From Chloroflexota bacterium (lineage in GTDB: Bacteria > Chloroflexota > Limnocylindria > QHBO01), in contig JBBDRZ010000006.1 in assembly GCA_040905185.1 (NCBI GenBank), positions 8,039 through 72,038 of the forward strand: 64,000 bases of DNA, written 5' to 3'. Position numbers and translations under genes: made by a program. The notes under the pieces are model-generated. The model saw nothing but the letters and a program-made list of their open reading frames with translations, ran no database searches and was not told the DNA's origin. Below are positions 21,272-30,558 of the stretch, in pieces (the first letter of the stretch is position 1; the number at the start of each line of letters is the position of its first letter).

Positions 21272-22003
21272 ATGACCGAGCTGCTCCCCGAGCTGGTGCT
21301 GCTGACCGTTGCCGCGCTGGCGGCCAGCACGCTGGCCGCGGTGGCGGGATTCGGCGGAGCGGCCATCCTGCTCCCCGTCCTGGTGGCCCTCTTCGGCCCG
21401 CGGGACGCGATCCCGATCCTGACCATCGCCCAACTGGTCGGCAATGGGTCGCGGGTCGTCATCAATCGCGACGCCGTCGATCGCCGGATCGTGGGCTGGT
21501 TCGCGTTGGGTGGCATCCCGGCCGCGTTGATCGGCGGCTTCCTGTTCGCCGCCGCGCCCCTCGACGCGCTGACGCGGCTCATCGGTGCGTTCCTCTTGGC
21601 CTCGGTGGCCTGGCGCCACATCCGACCGCGCCCAGCCGGCGCCCTGGGACCAAGGACGTTTACCGTCATCGGTGCCTTCTTCGCCTTCGCGTCGGCCCTG
21701 GTCGGATCGATCGGTCCGCTGATGGCGCCCTTCTTCCTGGCTGCCGGGCTGGTGAAGAGCGCCTACATCGGGACCGAGGCTGCTGCGACGGTGGTCATGC
21801 ACGTCGCCAAGCTGGTCGCCTACGGGACCGCTGCCCTCCTCACGGCCGCCACGGTGGGGATCGGGCTGCTGATGGCACCGGCCATGATTGCCGGCTCACT
21901 GATCGGCAAGCGGATCGTGGACCGCCTGCCGGAGCGAGTGTTCGTGGCCATCATCGAGGTCGTCCTGGTGGTAGCCGGGCTGGTGTTCCTCATCGGCGGC
22001 TAG
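21272..22003 (+). CDS. TSUP family (TauE/SafE) sulfite/anion exporter
   Basis: Two 4-TM repeats with GFGGAAILLPVL and GSIGPLMAPFFL, typical of TauE/SafE. Confidence 0.8.
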   Translation: MTELLPELVLLTVAALAASTLAAVAGFGGAAILLPVLVALFGPRDAIPILTIAQLVGNGSRVVINRDAVDRRIVGWFALGGIPAALIGGFLFAAAPLDALTRLIGAFLLASVAWRHIRPRPAGALGPRTFTVIGAFFAFASALVGSIGPLMAPFFLAAGLVKSAYIGTEAAATVVMHVAKLVAYGTAALLTAATVGIGLLMAPAMIAGSLIGKRIVDRLPERVFVAIIEVVLVVAGLVFLIGG

Positions 22004-23058
22004 GGACCGTCGCAGCTGAAGGTTCCATGCATCGTCCCGGCGATCCGGATGTCGATCATGTCTTCGATCGGTATCGACCCATCGATGAACCCGAGATCGA
22101 GCATGGTCTGGTAGCCGGGACACCAGATGGTCGAATCGATCGTGCCGGTGATGCCCACCCCAGCACCCAACCAGACCGGGATCGTTGCCTCAAGGACGGC
22201 CAAGGCGGTCGCCTCGTCCTCGGCGATCGTGGGCACAGCTTCCACTGCAGCGCGCAGACCGAGTTCGGGGTCGCCGACGATGACTTCCTGCGCGAGCAGG
22301 TAGGCAGTGGCGAAAGCGTGGACCAACTCGAGGTCCGCGGCCAGGAGTTCGTCGCCAACGATCATGCCCGGCCCCGGAAGGGGCGCCACCTCATCCACCG
22401 TCAGCAGGTCCACATCCATGCCTTCGGCTGCCAGCCGTAGGGGCTCGTTGTTGCGGAATCCGGTGATGAGGTCCACATCGCCGTTCAGCAGACCCTCGAC
22501 CTGGTTGAACTGCGGGTACTCGCGAATGGTGACGTCGTCGGCCGTCAGGCCCGCGGAATGGAGGATGGCGAGCAGGGCGTGCCACGACGAGCCGAACCGG
22601 CCGGGGGTCCCAATCCGCAGGCCGGCCAGGTCCGCCGGATCCGTCGGCACCGTTCCCTCTGGACCGATCAATGCCACGGGGAAGAACTGGTACAGGGTCG
22701 AGACGTATTTGATCGGGATGTCGTTGGTGCGGGCGATCATGACGTCGGTGGCATCAGCAACCCCGAATTCCGCCTGACCAGCAGCGACCAGGCGGATCAG
22801 CTCGCCACCGCTGGCGTGCTCGATGGTCACTTCCAACCCTGCCCGTTCGAAATAGCCGTCTTGCTGCGCGAGGTAGAACGGCGCGAACTGAACGTCGGGG
22901 CGGAACCCGAGCAGGAGGCGCACCTGGCGGAGCTCGCCGGACGGGGAGGCAGCCGCACTGGCCTCAGGACCGGCGCTCGGGCTGGGGGACGGCGTTGGAT
23001 TGCAGGCCGCGACGGCCAGGGTCAGCGCGAAGGCCAGGGGAAGGGCACGCGTCCGCAT
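22000..23058 (-). CDS. ABC transporter substrate-binding lipoprotein, NMT1/THI5-like (NitT/TauT family)
   Basis: Start trimmed to MRTRALPLAFALTLAVAAC (lipobox) followed by an S/P linker. The periplasmic-binding fold resembles SsuA/TauA/ThiY-like proteins. Confidence 0.7.
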   Translation of the reverse strand: MRTRALPLAFALTLAVAACNPTPSPSPSAGPEASAAASPSGELRQVRLLLGFRPDVQFAPFYLAQQDGYFERAGLEVTIEHASGGELIRLVAAGQAEFGVADATDVMIARTNDIPIKYVSTLYQFFPVALIGPEGTVPTDPADLAGLRIGTPGRFGSSWHALLAILHSAGLTADDVTIREYPQFNQVEGLLNGDVDLITGFRNNEPLRLAAEGMDVDLLTVDEVAPLPGPGMIVGDELLAADLELVHAFATAYLLAQEVIVGDPELGLRAAVEAVPTIAEDEATALAVLEATIPVWLGAGVGITGTIDSTIWCPGYQTMLDLGFIDGSIPIEDMIDIRIAGTMHGTFSCDGP

Positions 23059-23075
23059 CGGTTTCCTTTCGGGAT

Positions 23076-23828
23076 TCATCGAGGGATCAGCACGCGCTCG
23101 GCGATGAGCACCGCGCCGTAGAAGGTCAGGCCCAGCACGGCCAGGCTGCCGAGGGCGACGAACATGAGCGGGGTGTCGAACAGCCCCTGGTCGGCAATGT
23201 TGATGAGGACACCCAGACCGATGCTGGCGCCGGCCCATTCGGCCACCACCGCGCCGATGACGGCCAGGGTCACGCCCACCCGGAGCCCCCCGAACAGCAC
23301 CGGCAGCGCCGAGGGAAGCTCCAGCAGGCGGGTGACCTCGGCCGGGCGGGCACCGTAGGCGCGGGCCATCTCGACCAGGAGCGGGTCGGTGGAGCGGATG
23401 CCGACCATGGTCGCGATGGCGATCGGGAAGAACACGATCAGCGCGCAGATCACGACCCGCGCCGTGAGCCCGCCGCCGAACCAGATGTCGACCAGGGGCG
23501 CCAGGGCCAGGATGGGAATCGCCTGGGCCGCGACGAGGTAGGGCGAAAGGACCCGCTCCGCGGTCAGGCTCTTGGCCAGCAGGATGCCCACCGCAACCGC
23601 CACCAGGGCACCCACCCCAAAACCGATGACGCTTTCCTCCAGGGTTGCACCGAGGTGGGGTTGGAGGGTCCGGTTCTGGATGGCCTCAACCGCGCGGGTC
23701 GCGACTACCTCCGGGGCAGGCAGGATGTATTCGGGGTAGCCGCCGACCACGACGATCGCCTTCCAGACTCCGATGAACACCCCGGCGCTGAGGAAGATAA
23801 GGGCCACTCGGCGGATGAGGCCACTCAT
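23076..23828 (-). CDS. ABC transporter permease (NitT/TauT family)
   Basis: Start trimmed to MSGLIRRV; the upstream G/R-rich extension in the ORF track was rejected. Six TM helices and the EAA-like loop MARAYGARPAEVTRLLELPSALP. Confidence 0.8.
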   Translation of the reverse strand: MSGLIRRVALIFLSAGVFIGVWKAIVVVGGYPEYILPAPEVVATRAVEAIQNRTLQPHLGATLEESVIGFGVGALVAVAVGILLAKSLTAERVLSPYLVAAQAIPILALAPLVDIWFGGGLTARVVICALIVFFPIAIATMVGIRSTDPLLVEMARAYGARPAEVTRLLELPSALPVLFGGLRVGVTLAVIGAVVAEWAGASIGLGVLINIADQGLFDTPLMFVALGSLAVLGLTFYGAVLIAERVLIPR

Positions 23829-24664
23829 GCCGCCGCCCCCCGCCCCGGCTCGGCCCAGCCCTCGAGCTCGGGGGCGTGGACTGCGGCCAACGCATGGCGG
23901 ACCTGGGCCTCCACCGCGGCCATGCCCGGATCCCCGCTCAGCCCTGACGGCCTGGGGCGCGCGAGCGGAACCCGGATCTCGGCCGCGACCCGTCCCGGTC
24001 GTGGGGTCATGACCCAGATGCGGTCCGCCAGTCCGATAGCCTCGCCGACCGAGTGGGTGACCAGGACCACGGTCCGCCGCCGGGCCAGCCATAAGGCCTC
24101 CAGCTGAACGTCGAACGCGTCACGGGTCAGCGCATCCAGGGCGCTGAACGGCTCGTCCAGCAGCAGGACCGGCGGGTCGGTGACCAGCGATCGGGCAAGG
24201 GCGACCCGCTGCTGCATGCCTCCCGACAGCTCTCGTGGTCGCAGTGCGCCGATGCTGTCGTCGGCCAGGCCGACCTGGGCCAGCGCGCGTTCGGCGGCCT
24301 GATGCCGCCCGGCGCGCGGCGTCCCGCTCAATTCCAGGGGCAGCGCCACGTTGTCGAGCGCGGACCGCCAGCCCAGCAACCGCGGCTGCTGGAATACGAG
24401 GCCTGTGCGCCCATCGCCGGCTCGTGGAGGCGATCCATCAGGCCCCAGACCGATGCGCCCCGCGCTCGGTGCCAGCAGCCCGGCAATCGCCCGCAGGAGG
24501 GTGCTCTTCCCGCACCCGTTCGGACCGATGACCGCCACCAACTCACCGGAGGCGACCGATCCACTCAGGCCGTCGAGGGCGGTGAGCGCGCCTGACGGCG
24601 TGGAGAAGCGGATCGTCAGGTCCTCGATCGTGATCGCCGGCCCGGGTTGGCTCGCGTGCTCCAT
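23825..24664 (-). CDS. ABC transporter ATP-binding protein
   Basis: Walker A (GPNGCGKST), ABC signature (LSGGMQQRVALAR), Walker B (LLLDEPFSALD). Start trimmed to MEHASQPGPAITIEDLTIRF. Confidence 0.85.
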   Translation of the reverse strand: MEHASQPGPAITIEDLTIRFSTPSGALTALDGLSGSVASGELVAVIGPNGCGKSTLLRAIAGLLAPSAGRIGLGPDGSPPRAGDGRTGLVFQQPRLLGWRSALDNVALPLELSGTPRAGRHQAAERALAQVGLADDSIGALRPRELSGGMQQRVALARSLVTDPPVLLLDEPFSALDALTRDAFDVQLEALWLARRRTVVLVTHSVGEAIGLADRIWVMTPRPGRVAAEIRVPLARPRPSGLSGDPGMAAVEAQVRHALAAVHAPELEGWAEPGRGAAA

Positions 24665-25025
24665 CGGTCTCCCATGCGCCATCGCGCGACGGGGACGTGG
24701 CAGCCGCGACGCCTTCGATCGATGCGCGAAGCCCGCCCGGCGCACAGCGTCGATCGGTCCGCGGGTCGTCGGAGGAACGCCTCGTGCTCGCCCTCTCCCA
24801 TCCGGACTGTCACCGTCGGCCCTGTCTGCCCGGCGTGGCGCCGGGGTCAGGTCGGCCCCGCGAGGTGCCCCGGCAGCCTCTCCGCGGCCGCCGGCCTCAA
24901 GGGGTTCGCGGGCTGGTCCGTTGACCGGACCGACCGCCGGTGGGGGGTTTCACCCCGCCCCGAAGGCGATGGATTCGTTCAGTTGCCGCAATCCTGACAC
25001 TCCCCGCCCGCGACCGTCAAACCTC

Positions 25026-25865
25026 TCAGGAGACATCGGCTGCCAGGAAATCGCGCAGAACGCGCGCGAGCTCGGCTGGCTGGTCTTCGGGGATGAGCGT
25101 GTAGCTGTCAGCGATCTCCACCAACCGGCCGCGAGGAAGCAGGTCAGCCAGTCGTCGTCCGTGGTCCAGCGGCATGACGCGGTCCTCGACCGCCCACACA
25201 ACCAGGGCCGCATGCTCAAACGTGCGGAGCCCCTCGGCCGCTGCCAACATCTCCCCCTTTCGCGCGGCTCGCAGGTACTTGATCAGGTCGCGGCGGATCT
25301 CGCGCTGCGTGAGCAGCGGCCGCAGCCAGACGTCCATCACTTCATCAGGGACGGGTCGCTTGGACATCCAACCGAAGGCGAAGGGCAGCCTCCGCAGGGG
25401 GCGAAGCCGAAGCGGCTGCACCAGCATGTTGAGCCCGCCCGGCAACCTCGCCGCGAGCCAAACCGAGCGTCCGGGAAGGCCTGGTGGGAAGTTCTCGAAG
25501 GCCTCGCACGAGATGAGCACGAGTCGTCCGACCCGCTCCGCGCGTCCCTCGGCGATGACCAGTTGCGCTCCACCCCAGTCGTTGCCGACGAGGGTCACAT
25601 CGCGGAGGTCGAGGCTCTCGAGGAACTCCGCCACCAGCCGGGCCATCCCGCGTGGGGAGAGGTCAGCATCCGGGCTCATCGGGCGGCGATGCCCGCCCAG
25701 CGGCAAGGTGGGCACCACGCAGCGGTAGTCCGAACGGAGGTCAGCGACAACGTGACGCCACAGCGAGCCGTCCATGGCCGGTCCATGCAGGAAAACGACG
25801 ACCGGGCCGTCGCCTCCGGTGTCTTCGTACTCGACGATTCCGTCGGAGAGCTCGAGTTCTTTCAT
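25026..25865 (-). CDS. alpha/beta hydrolase
   Basis: Start trimmed to MKELELSDG. Contains HG (VVFLHGP) and a nucleophile elbow GNDWGG. Confidence 0.75.
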   Translation of the reverse strand: MKELELSDGIVEYEDTGGDGPVVVFLHGPAMDGSLWRHVVADLRSDYRCVVPTLPLGGHRRPMSPDADLSPRGMARLVAEFLESLDLRDVTLVGNDWGGAQLVIAEGRAERVGRLVLISCEAFENFPPGLPGRSVWLAARLPGGLNMLVQPLRLRPLRRLPFAFGWMSKRPVPDEVMDVWLRPLLTQREIRRDLIKYLRAARKGEMLAAAEGLRTFEHAALVVWAVEDRVMPLDHGRRLADLLPRGRLVEIADSYTLIPEDQPAELARVLRDFLAADVS

Positions 25866-26005
25866 GGTGCCCTGTCTGCATGCTGTGGACTGCCACGGCC
25901 GCGTTCGGGCGTGGCACACCCAGTTACCCTCACCGCGATTGTGAAGGACGCGCCGCCAAAGGCGATGGCCCTCCTCACCTGGTCGGTGTTGCCCACGATC
26001 ACGGG

Positions 26006-27025
26006 TTAGTTGCCGAGCGCTCGGGCGCCGACCACGACGAACTCGAGCCGGCACCACAACCCGCGGGCCCGAGATTGTGCCGGGATTTGGAGGATTGTTT
26101 CCACATCGTCCTTCGCGCAGATCTGCGCTGCCGGGTCATCGAACCGCCCGACGATTTCGATCCAGCGATCGCGTTCCGGCATGGTGATCCCAATAGCGGG
26201 ATCCACCTTGAACTCGAGACGGTTGCTGGACCCCCGGAAGGTCGACTCCGTGACGCGGACGTCGTAGTAGCCGTAACCGCAGATCAGCCAGGCGGGTTCG
26301 CGCGCGCAGTCGCCACTCGTTTCGATGTCGGCTGGGAGATCCGGGAACCAGCCCTGCAGGGTGAGAGCCTGTCCACCGAAGCAACCCAGTCGCATCCCCC
26401 ACGTCGACGCGAGATAGGTCACATCGGCCAATTCGAATGGCGGAGCCGGGCAGCGCGATATCGGAAGCAGCCAAGGGCCGCTTGTATCGGCTGCGGCGAT
26501 CCAGCCGATGACCTCGGGGTATGCGCTCCAACGGTTCGGATCGATACTCCTATCTGTCCCCATCAGATACCACCTGAACCCGTCGGCTTCGACGGGTCCA
26601 TCGAAGACGTATACGTCCTCCCATGGTGTCGCATGCCCTACGGCTACTGGCATTGGCCCGCCGTCAGCAACATCCATCGTTACCAACTCGGCCTGCAGCG
26701 TTGGGGCCACACGGACATCGACGCGGTCAGCAACCACGCGGGCGAACCATTCAGAGGGGGGTGCCGGCGCGATGCTTGGTGGGACGGGAGCCGATGGCGG
26801 AGGAGTCGAGTTGGAGGGTTTCGCGGAGGCGACCGGCATGTTGGACGGCGAGGCGGTGGACGAGGGCTCCGCGCTGACCTGGTCGCCCCGCCCACCCAGG
26901 CCGATCACCACTGCGACACCCAGCAGCGCGGCGGCACTCCCGGCGAGGACCGCCCCAATGATCTTGCCCCGGCGCGTTCCGAAGAGCCGCAGCGGAGTGG
27001 GACTCGGACTAGCCGGCGGGGACAA
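26006..27025 (-). CDS. membrane-anchored exported protein, paralogous to the extracytoplasmic part of the adjacent anti-sigma factor
   Basis: N-terminal TM and S/P-rich linker. Shares CFGxxxLTLxGW, EPAWLxC and V(T/V)G(R/H)(F/Y)DDPAAQxC blocks with the 27232..28440 protein. No domain I recognise. Confidence 0.5.
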   Translation of the reverse strand: MSPPASPSPTPLRLFGTRRGKIIGAVLAGSAAALLGVAVVIGLGGRGDQVSAEPSSTASPSNMPVASAKPSNSTPPPSAPVPPSIAPAPPSEWFARVVADRVDVRVAPTLQAELVTMDVADGGPMPVAVGHATPWEDVYVFDGPVEADGFRWYLMGTDRSIDPNRWSAYPEVIGWIAAADTSGPWLLPISRCPAPPFELADVTYLASTWGMRLGCFGGQALTLQGWFPDLPADIETSGDCAREPAWLICGYGYYDVRVTESTFRGSSNRLEFKVDPAIGITMPERDRWIEIVGRFDDPAAQICAKDDVETILQIPAQSRARGLWCRLEFVVVGARALGN

Positions 27026-27231
27026 GCTTCACCTCTGTCACCGCGATGATCGACCGGCAGCTGAGCGCAACCGAGTCAGGATCGGGGGGAATCACGGCAA
27101 GAGTGAACGCTCGCATCAGTGGTTGGAGCTCGTAGCCGGCCAGACGTGCATGACCCAGTCGATGATGCTGGCGGACCAATCCCCCGCGCGACCTCGGAAC
27201 GACATATGTTCGTCCCGGACGCCCAGATTGC

Positions 27232-28440
27232 TCACGGTGTGAGCGGCTCGATGCTGGCAACGACGAATGTCGAGCGGCACCCTTCTATCCAGTCCACATC
27301 GGTCGGTGGAGGGACGTATGTCTCGTCAAATCGGCAAGTCTGAGCCGCGGGATCGTCGTAGTGCCCCGTGACTCGCACGTTCGTGTCAATGAGCTCGTCG
27401 GTCCCGATGCCGCTCGCTGGATCGACGGCCACCAGAAGCCAGGGGGAGAACTTGTTTCGGTCATGGATGGGTGCCAGCGCCACGGATGAATCGCAACCCA
27501 GCCAGGCGGGCTCAATGTCGACGCAGGGGCCGTCAATCGCGCCTGGACCGCCCATCAGAGTCGCGTCAACGGTCAGGGATTCATTGCCGTAGCAAGCGAC
27601 CGAATCGGATTGGAAGATGAGCGTCACGATGTCGACGGGCGGATTGACGCAATCGGACGATCGCAGATCCGGCCAGGGAGCGACGATGTCGCGGACGCTG
27701 GTCAACGCGAAAGTGCCGGCGCATTCGACCCGGAACGGATCCCCGGCTGGGCCGCAGTCGGCCGCCGCGGGGTCGTTGAAATGACCCGTCACCTCGACCC
27801 AGGTGTTCGTTCGGACCGCACCCTCGGTCGCGCCGTAATAGATGCGTCCGATCGGACCGGACGGGTCGGCGGCCACCCACAGTAGCTCGGAGGCGGGAGC
27901 ATAGGGCCCCGGCGGAAGAGCGCCGAAGGCAAGCGGCTGGCGTTCGAGGATGCACATCAGCCACGTCGGCCGATCTGAATAGGTGATGCAGTCATAACCC
28001 AGATTGCTTTCCCGGAACACCCACCCGAGAAGGGTCAGTTCATCGCTGCCAAAGCAGCCCGGTCGATCGGCTACCGGCACCGCGACCACTGATTCGAACG
28101 TGAACGGCGGCGTTGGACACGCGGCGATGGGCGGCGTCGGTACGGCGGTCGACGGCGGCGACGACGGCAGCGGGGACGGCGACTCGACGACGTTTGGAGC
28201 CAGGTGGACGATCTGCAGCCCGACGACGACGGCTCCGAGGATTACGGCCGCGACGGCCGACATCCGGAGGATCCGCCCCGTCCGCGTGCCACCGGCGAGA
28301 CGAGCGAGCCATCCCCGTCGTTGCGGCTGCTGCGACGTGCGTTGGAGGGCGCTGTCGAGTACCCGATCGGGTGCCTCGCTCGGCGCCTCGCCCCGCAGCC
28401 AGGCGGTCAACTCCTGATCGAAGTCGTCCATGCGAGTCAT
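27232..28440 (-). CDS. putative anti-sigma factor (single-pass, non-ZAS) with a duplicated Cys-containing extracytoplasmic domain
   Basis: Its start overlaps the ECF sigma gene stop (ATGA). A cytoplasmic N-terminus is followed by one TM helix and a P/S linker, then two copies of a ~130-aa module each ending in ..VTGH(F/Y)(N/D)DPAA(A/Q)(D/T)C. Confidence 0.5.
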   Translation of the reverse strand: MTRMDDFDQELTAWLRGEAPSEAPDRVLDSALQRTSQQPQRRGWLARLAGGTRTGRILRMSAVAAVILGAVVVGLQIVHLAPNVVESPSPLPSSPPSTAVPTPPIAACPTPPFTFESVVAVPVADRPGCFGSDELTLLGWVFRESNLGYDCITYSDRPTWLMCILERQPLAFGALPPGPYAPASELLWVAADPSGPIGRIYYGATEGAVRTNTWVEVTGHFNDPAAADCGPAGDPFRVECAGTFALTSVRDIVAPWPDLRSSDCVNPPVDIVTLIFQSDSVACYGNESLTVDATLMGGPGAIDGPCVDIEPAWLGCDSSVALAPIHDRNKFSPWLLVAVDPASGIGTDELIDTNVRVTGHYDDPAAQTCRFDETYVPPPTDVDWIEGCRSTFVVASIEPLTP

Positions 28441-29000
28441 GCCGGGCCGCCTCCGCCGGTGCCGGTTTCGCGGGCATCGGCTTCCAGCGCCGCGCGGAGG
28501 GCGCGGGTGGCGTGGTGGAGGCGAGACTTGACGGTTCCGAGGGGAACCCCGGTCGCATCGGCCACCTCGGGCTGGGACAGGCCGTGGAAGTAGTGGAGGA
28601 CGACGACGGTGCGATGGTCGGCCGAAAGCCGACGGAAGGCGCGTTCCAGCGCCTCGCGGTTCGCCATCGCGGTGCTCGAGTCACCGATTGACGGCTGGTG
28701 CGCGGGGAGCAGGGTGACCTCGGCCCGGCGTCGACGCTGGCGTCGGCCCTCGTCACGGCAGGCGTGTACCAGCAGCCGACGCAGCCAGGCGTCGAACCGA
28801 TCCGGATCGCGGAGTGAAGGCAGGTCACGCCAAGCTCGGACGATGGTCTCCTGAGTCGCATCCTCGGCCTGGTTGTGGTCCCGCAGAATGAGGACTGCCG
28901 TCGCGTACAGCCGATCTACGACGCTGCCGGCCAGCGCGGAGAACGCCTCGTGGTCGCCCGACTTCGCTAACACAACCAACTCGCGCTGCACCCAACTCAT
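28437..29000 (-). CDS. ECF RNA polymerase sigma factor (sigma-70 group 4)
   Basis: Region 2 (RLYATAVLILRDHNQAEDATQETIVRAWRDLPSL) and region 4 (LHYFHGLSQPEVADATGVPLGTVKSRLHHA). Confidence 0.9.
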   Translation of the reverse strand: MSWVQRELVVLAKSGDHEAFSALAGSVVDRLYATAVLILRDHNQAEDATQETIVRAWRDLPSLRDPDRFDAWLRRLLVHACRDEGRRQRRRRAEVTLLPAHQPSIGDSSTAMANREALERAFRRLSADHRTVVVLHYFHGLSQPEVADATGVPLGTVKSRLHHATRALRAALEADARETGTGGGGPA

Positions 29001-29067
29001 CCCTTCCGCCGGCTCGTTGGCCGGCGCTCACAGACAATGGCGATCGCGCGAAGCGGTTGGTTCAACC

Positions 29068-29757
29068 TCAGCCCACGGCGTCAGCCACATCCGGTGGACT
29101 GGGGCCGCCGCGCCCGCGGGCCCAGCGGACAAGGATGAAGGCCACGCCTACGACGACCACGACGTAGATCAGGATCTCGAACGGTCGGATGGCCTCGTAC
29201 AGGGCCTCGTAGTTCTCGCCCAACACCCATCCCGCGGTGACGAGCGCCAGGTTCCACGGGATGGAGCCCATAATCGAGAACAGAAGGAATCGCCCGATGG
29301 GCATGCGGGCCACCCCTGCGGGGTAGTTGATCAGCGCTCGCAGGAGCGGGACGAAGCGGGCCAGGAAAACGGCCCAGCCGCCGTAGCGGGCGAACCAGGC
29401 ATCGGCGCGGTCCAGGTCGTCGGGGTGGATGTGGACGTAGCGTCCGTATCGGTCCAGGAGTGGTCTGCCACCCCAGGCTCCGATCAGGTACCCCGCCAAT
29501 GAGCCGGCGGCCGCCCCGATCGTGGCGGCGAGCATGACGCCGATGAAGGTCCAGGGTTGCGCGGTCAGCCATTCGACGACGGCGGGATCAGCTCCGGACT
29601 GGGCGACCTTCCAGCCCGCCATGGGGACGATGACCTCCGACGGGAGGATAGGGACGAACGTCTCGAGCCCGACGCCCACCGCCACGCCCACGTATCCGAT
29701 GGCGTCGTAGAGGGCCAGGAAGAACGGGATGACCTGCTGGTCGATGAACTCCAGCAC
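29068..29757 (-). CDS. DedA family (SNARE-associated/TVP38) membrane protein
   Basis: ARFVPLLRALINYPAGVARMPIGRFLLFSIMGSIPWN is the DedA core motif. Confidence 0.85.
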   Translation of the reverse strand: MLEFIDQQVIPFFLALYDAIGYVGVAVGVGLETFVPILPSEVIVPMAGWKVAQSGADPAVVEWLTAQPWTFIGVMLAATIGAAAGSLAGYLIGAWGGRPLLDRYGRYVHIHPDDLDRADAWFARYGGWAVFLARFVPLLRALINYPAGVARMPIGRFLLFSIMGSIPWNLALVTAGWVLGENYEALYEAIRPFEILIYVVVVVGVAFILVRWARGRGGPSPPDVADAVG

Positions 29758-29766
29758 GCCGATCCG

Positions 29767-30453
29767 CTAGGCCCCGGCTACCAGGCGCTCCCGCAGGGCG
29801 GCGTTCATCCGCTCGTCGACCCCCAGGATGTGGACGGCCACCAGCACCGACAGGAGCGCTGCGCCCGCGATCCAGCCGCCCAGCACGTCAAGGGGGTAAT
29901 GGAGATTGAGGTAGATCCGGACCAGCCCGATGGCCACGATCAGCACCAGCGCCACGCCGTAGGCGATCAGACCCTGCCGTCGATCCGCGGACAGGCGAGC
30001 GATACAGAACGCGACCAGCCCGTAGAAGACGGTGGCCCGGAGGGCGTGGCCGGCGGGGAAGACCGCGATGTCGTCCAGCCCCACCCCGTTGACGTTGAAC
30101 ATGCCCGCCACCAGCTCGGGCAGAGTGATCGGCGGGATGGCCACGAAAAACTTGAGCGCCCATTCCATCGGGAACGCCAGCGTGCCGAAGGCGAGCAGAA
30201 ATGCGAGGTCCGGTCGACCCTTGGCGAGGGCGACGATGCCGCATAAGGCGAACCCAAGTCCCACGAACCAACCTGAACCCAGGCCACTGATCGCGGTCAG
30301 CGCCGCGTTCACCACCGCCAGGTTGGCTTCCATCCAGGCCTGGAGCGGCACCACGACGTTCTGCATCAGCCACTCCTCGGGCAAGAGGTAGGTGGTCGTT
30401 CGCTTGAGGGCCACCAGCCAGAAGAGCGTGGGGAGGAGGATCAGGGACAGCAT
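29767..30453 (-). CDS. PAP2 family phosphatase (phosphatidic acid phosphatase type 2)
   Basis: KGRPD, FPAGHA (PSGH) and RIYLNLHYPLD (SRx5Hx3D) motifs. Start trimmed to MLSLILLP. The 542-aa ORF-track model 29767..31395 is antisense to hutH over its upstream part and was rejected. Confidence 0.75.
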   Translation of the reverse strand: MLSLILLPTLFWLVALKRTTTYLLPEEWLMQNVVVPLQAWMEANLAVVNAALTAISGLGSGWFVGLGFALCGIVALAKGRPDLAFLLAFGTLAFPMEWALKFFVAIPPITLPELVAGMFNVNGVGLDDIAVFPAGHALRATVFYGLVAFCIARLSADRRQGLIAYGVALVLIVAIGLVRIYLNLHYPLDVLGGWIAGAALLSVLVAVHILGVDERMNAALRERLVAGA

Positions 30454-30558
30454 GAACGCGGCGGCCGGGCTCGGCACAGCACCGCCCAGCCAGTCCCGCG
30501 CGTCGGGGCTCGTGACCAGGCGGCTGGTCGGGTCCGGGATCCTCCGCACGTCCGTAGT

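Noticed and set aside
24746-24960. TPP riboswitch (THI-box) upstream of the NMT1-type ABC operon
   Set aside because: Only partial resemblance to the 3' half of the THI-box. No CUGAGA element in the correct order. Kept as a generic leader finding instead.
24647-24997. 116-aa plus-strand ORF in the transporter leader
   Set aside because: Arg/Ser/Pro-rich low complexity, no RBS or start context. Likely non-coding.
27190-27215. GAAC-N7-GTTC palindrome (GGAACGACATATGTTCGTCC) resembling a LexA box
   Set aside because: Spacer is 7 nt, not 4, and the surrounding promoter context is absent. Possibly an unrelated operator upstream of the anti-sigma paralog, but unsupported.
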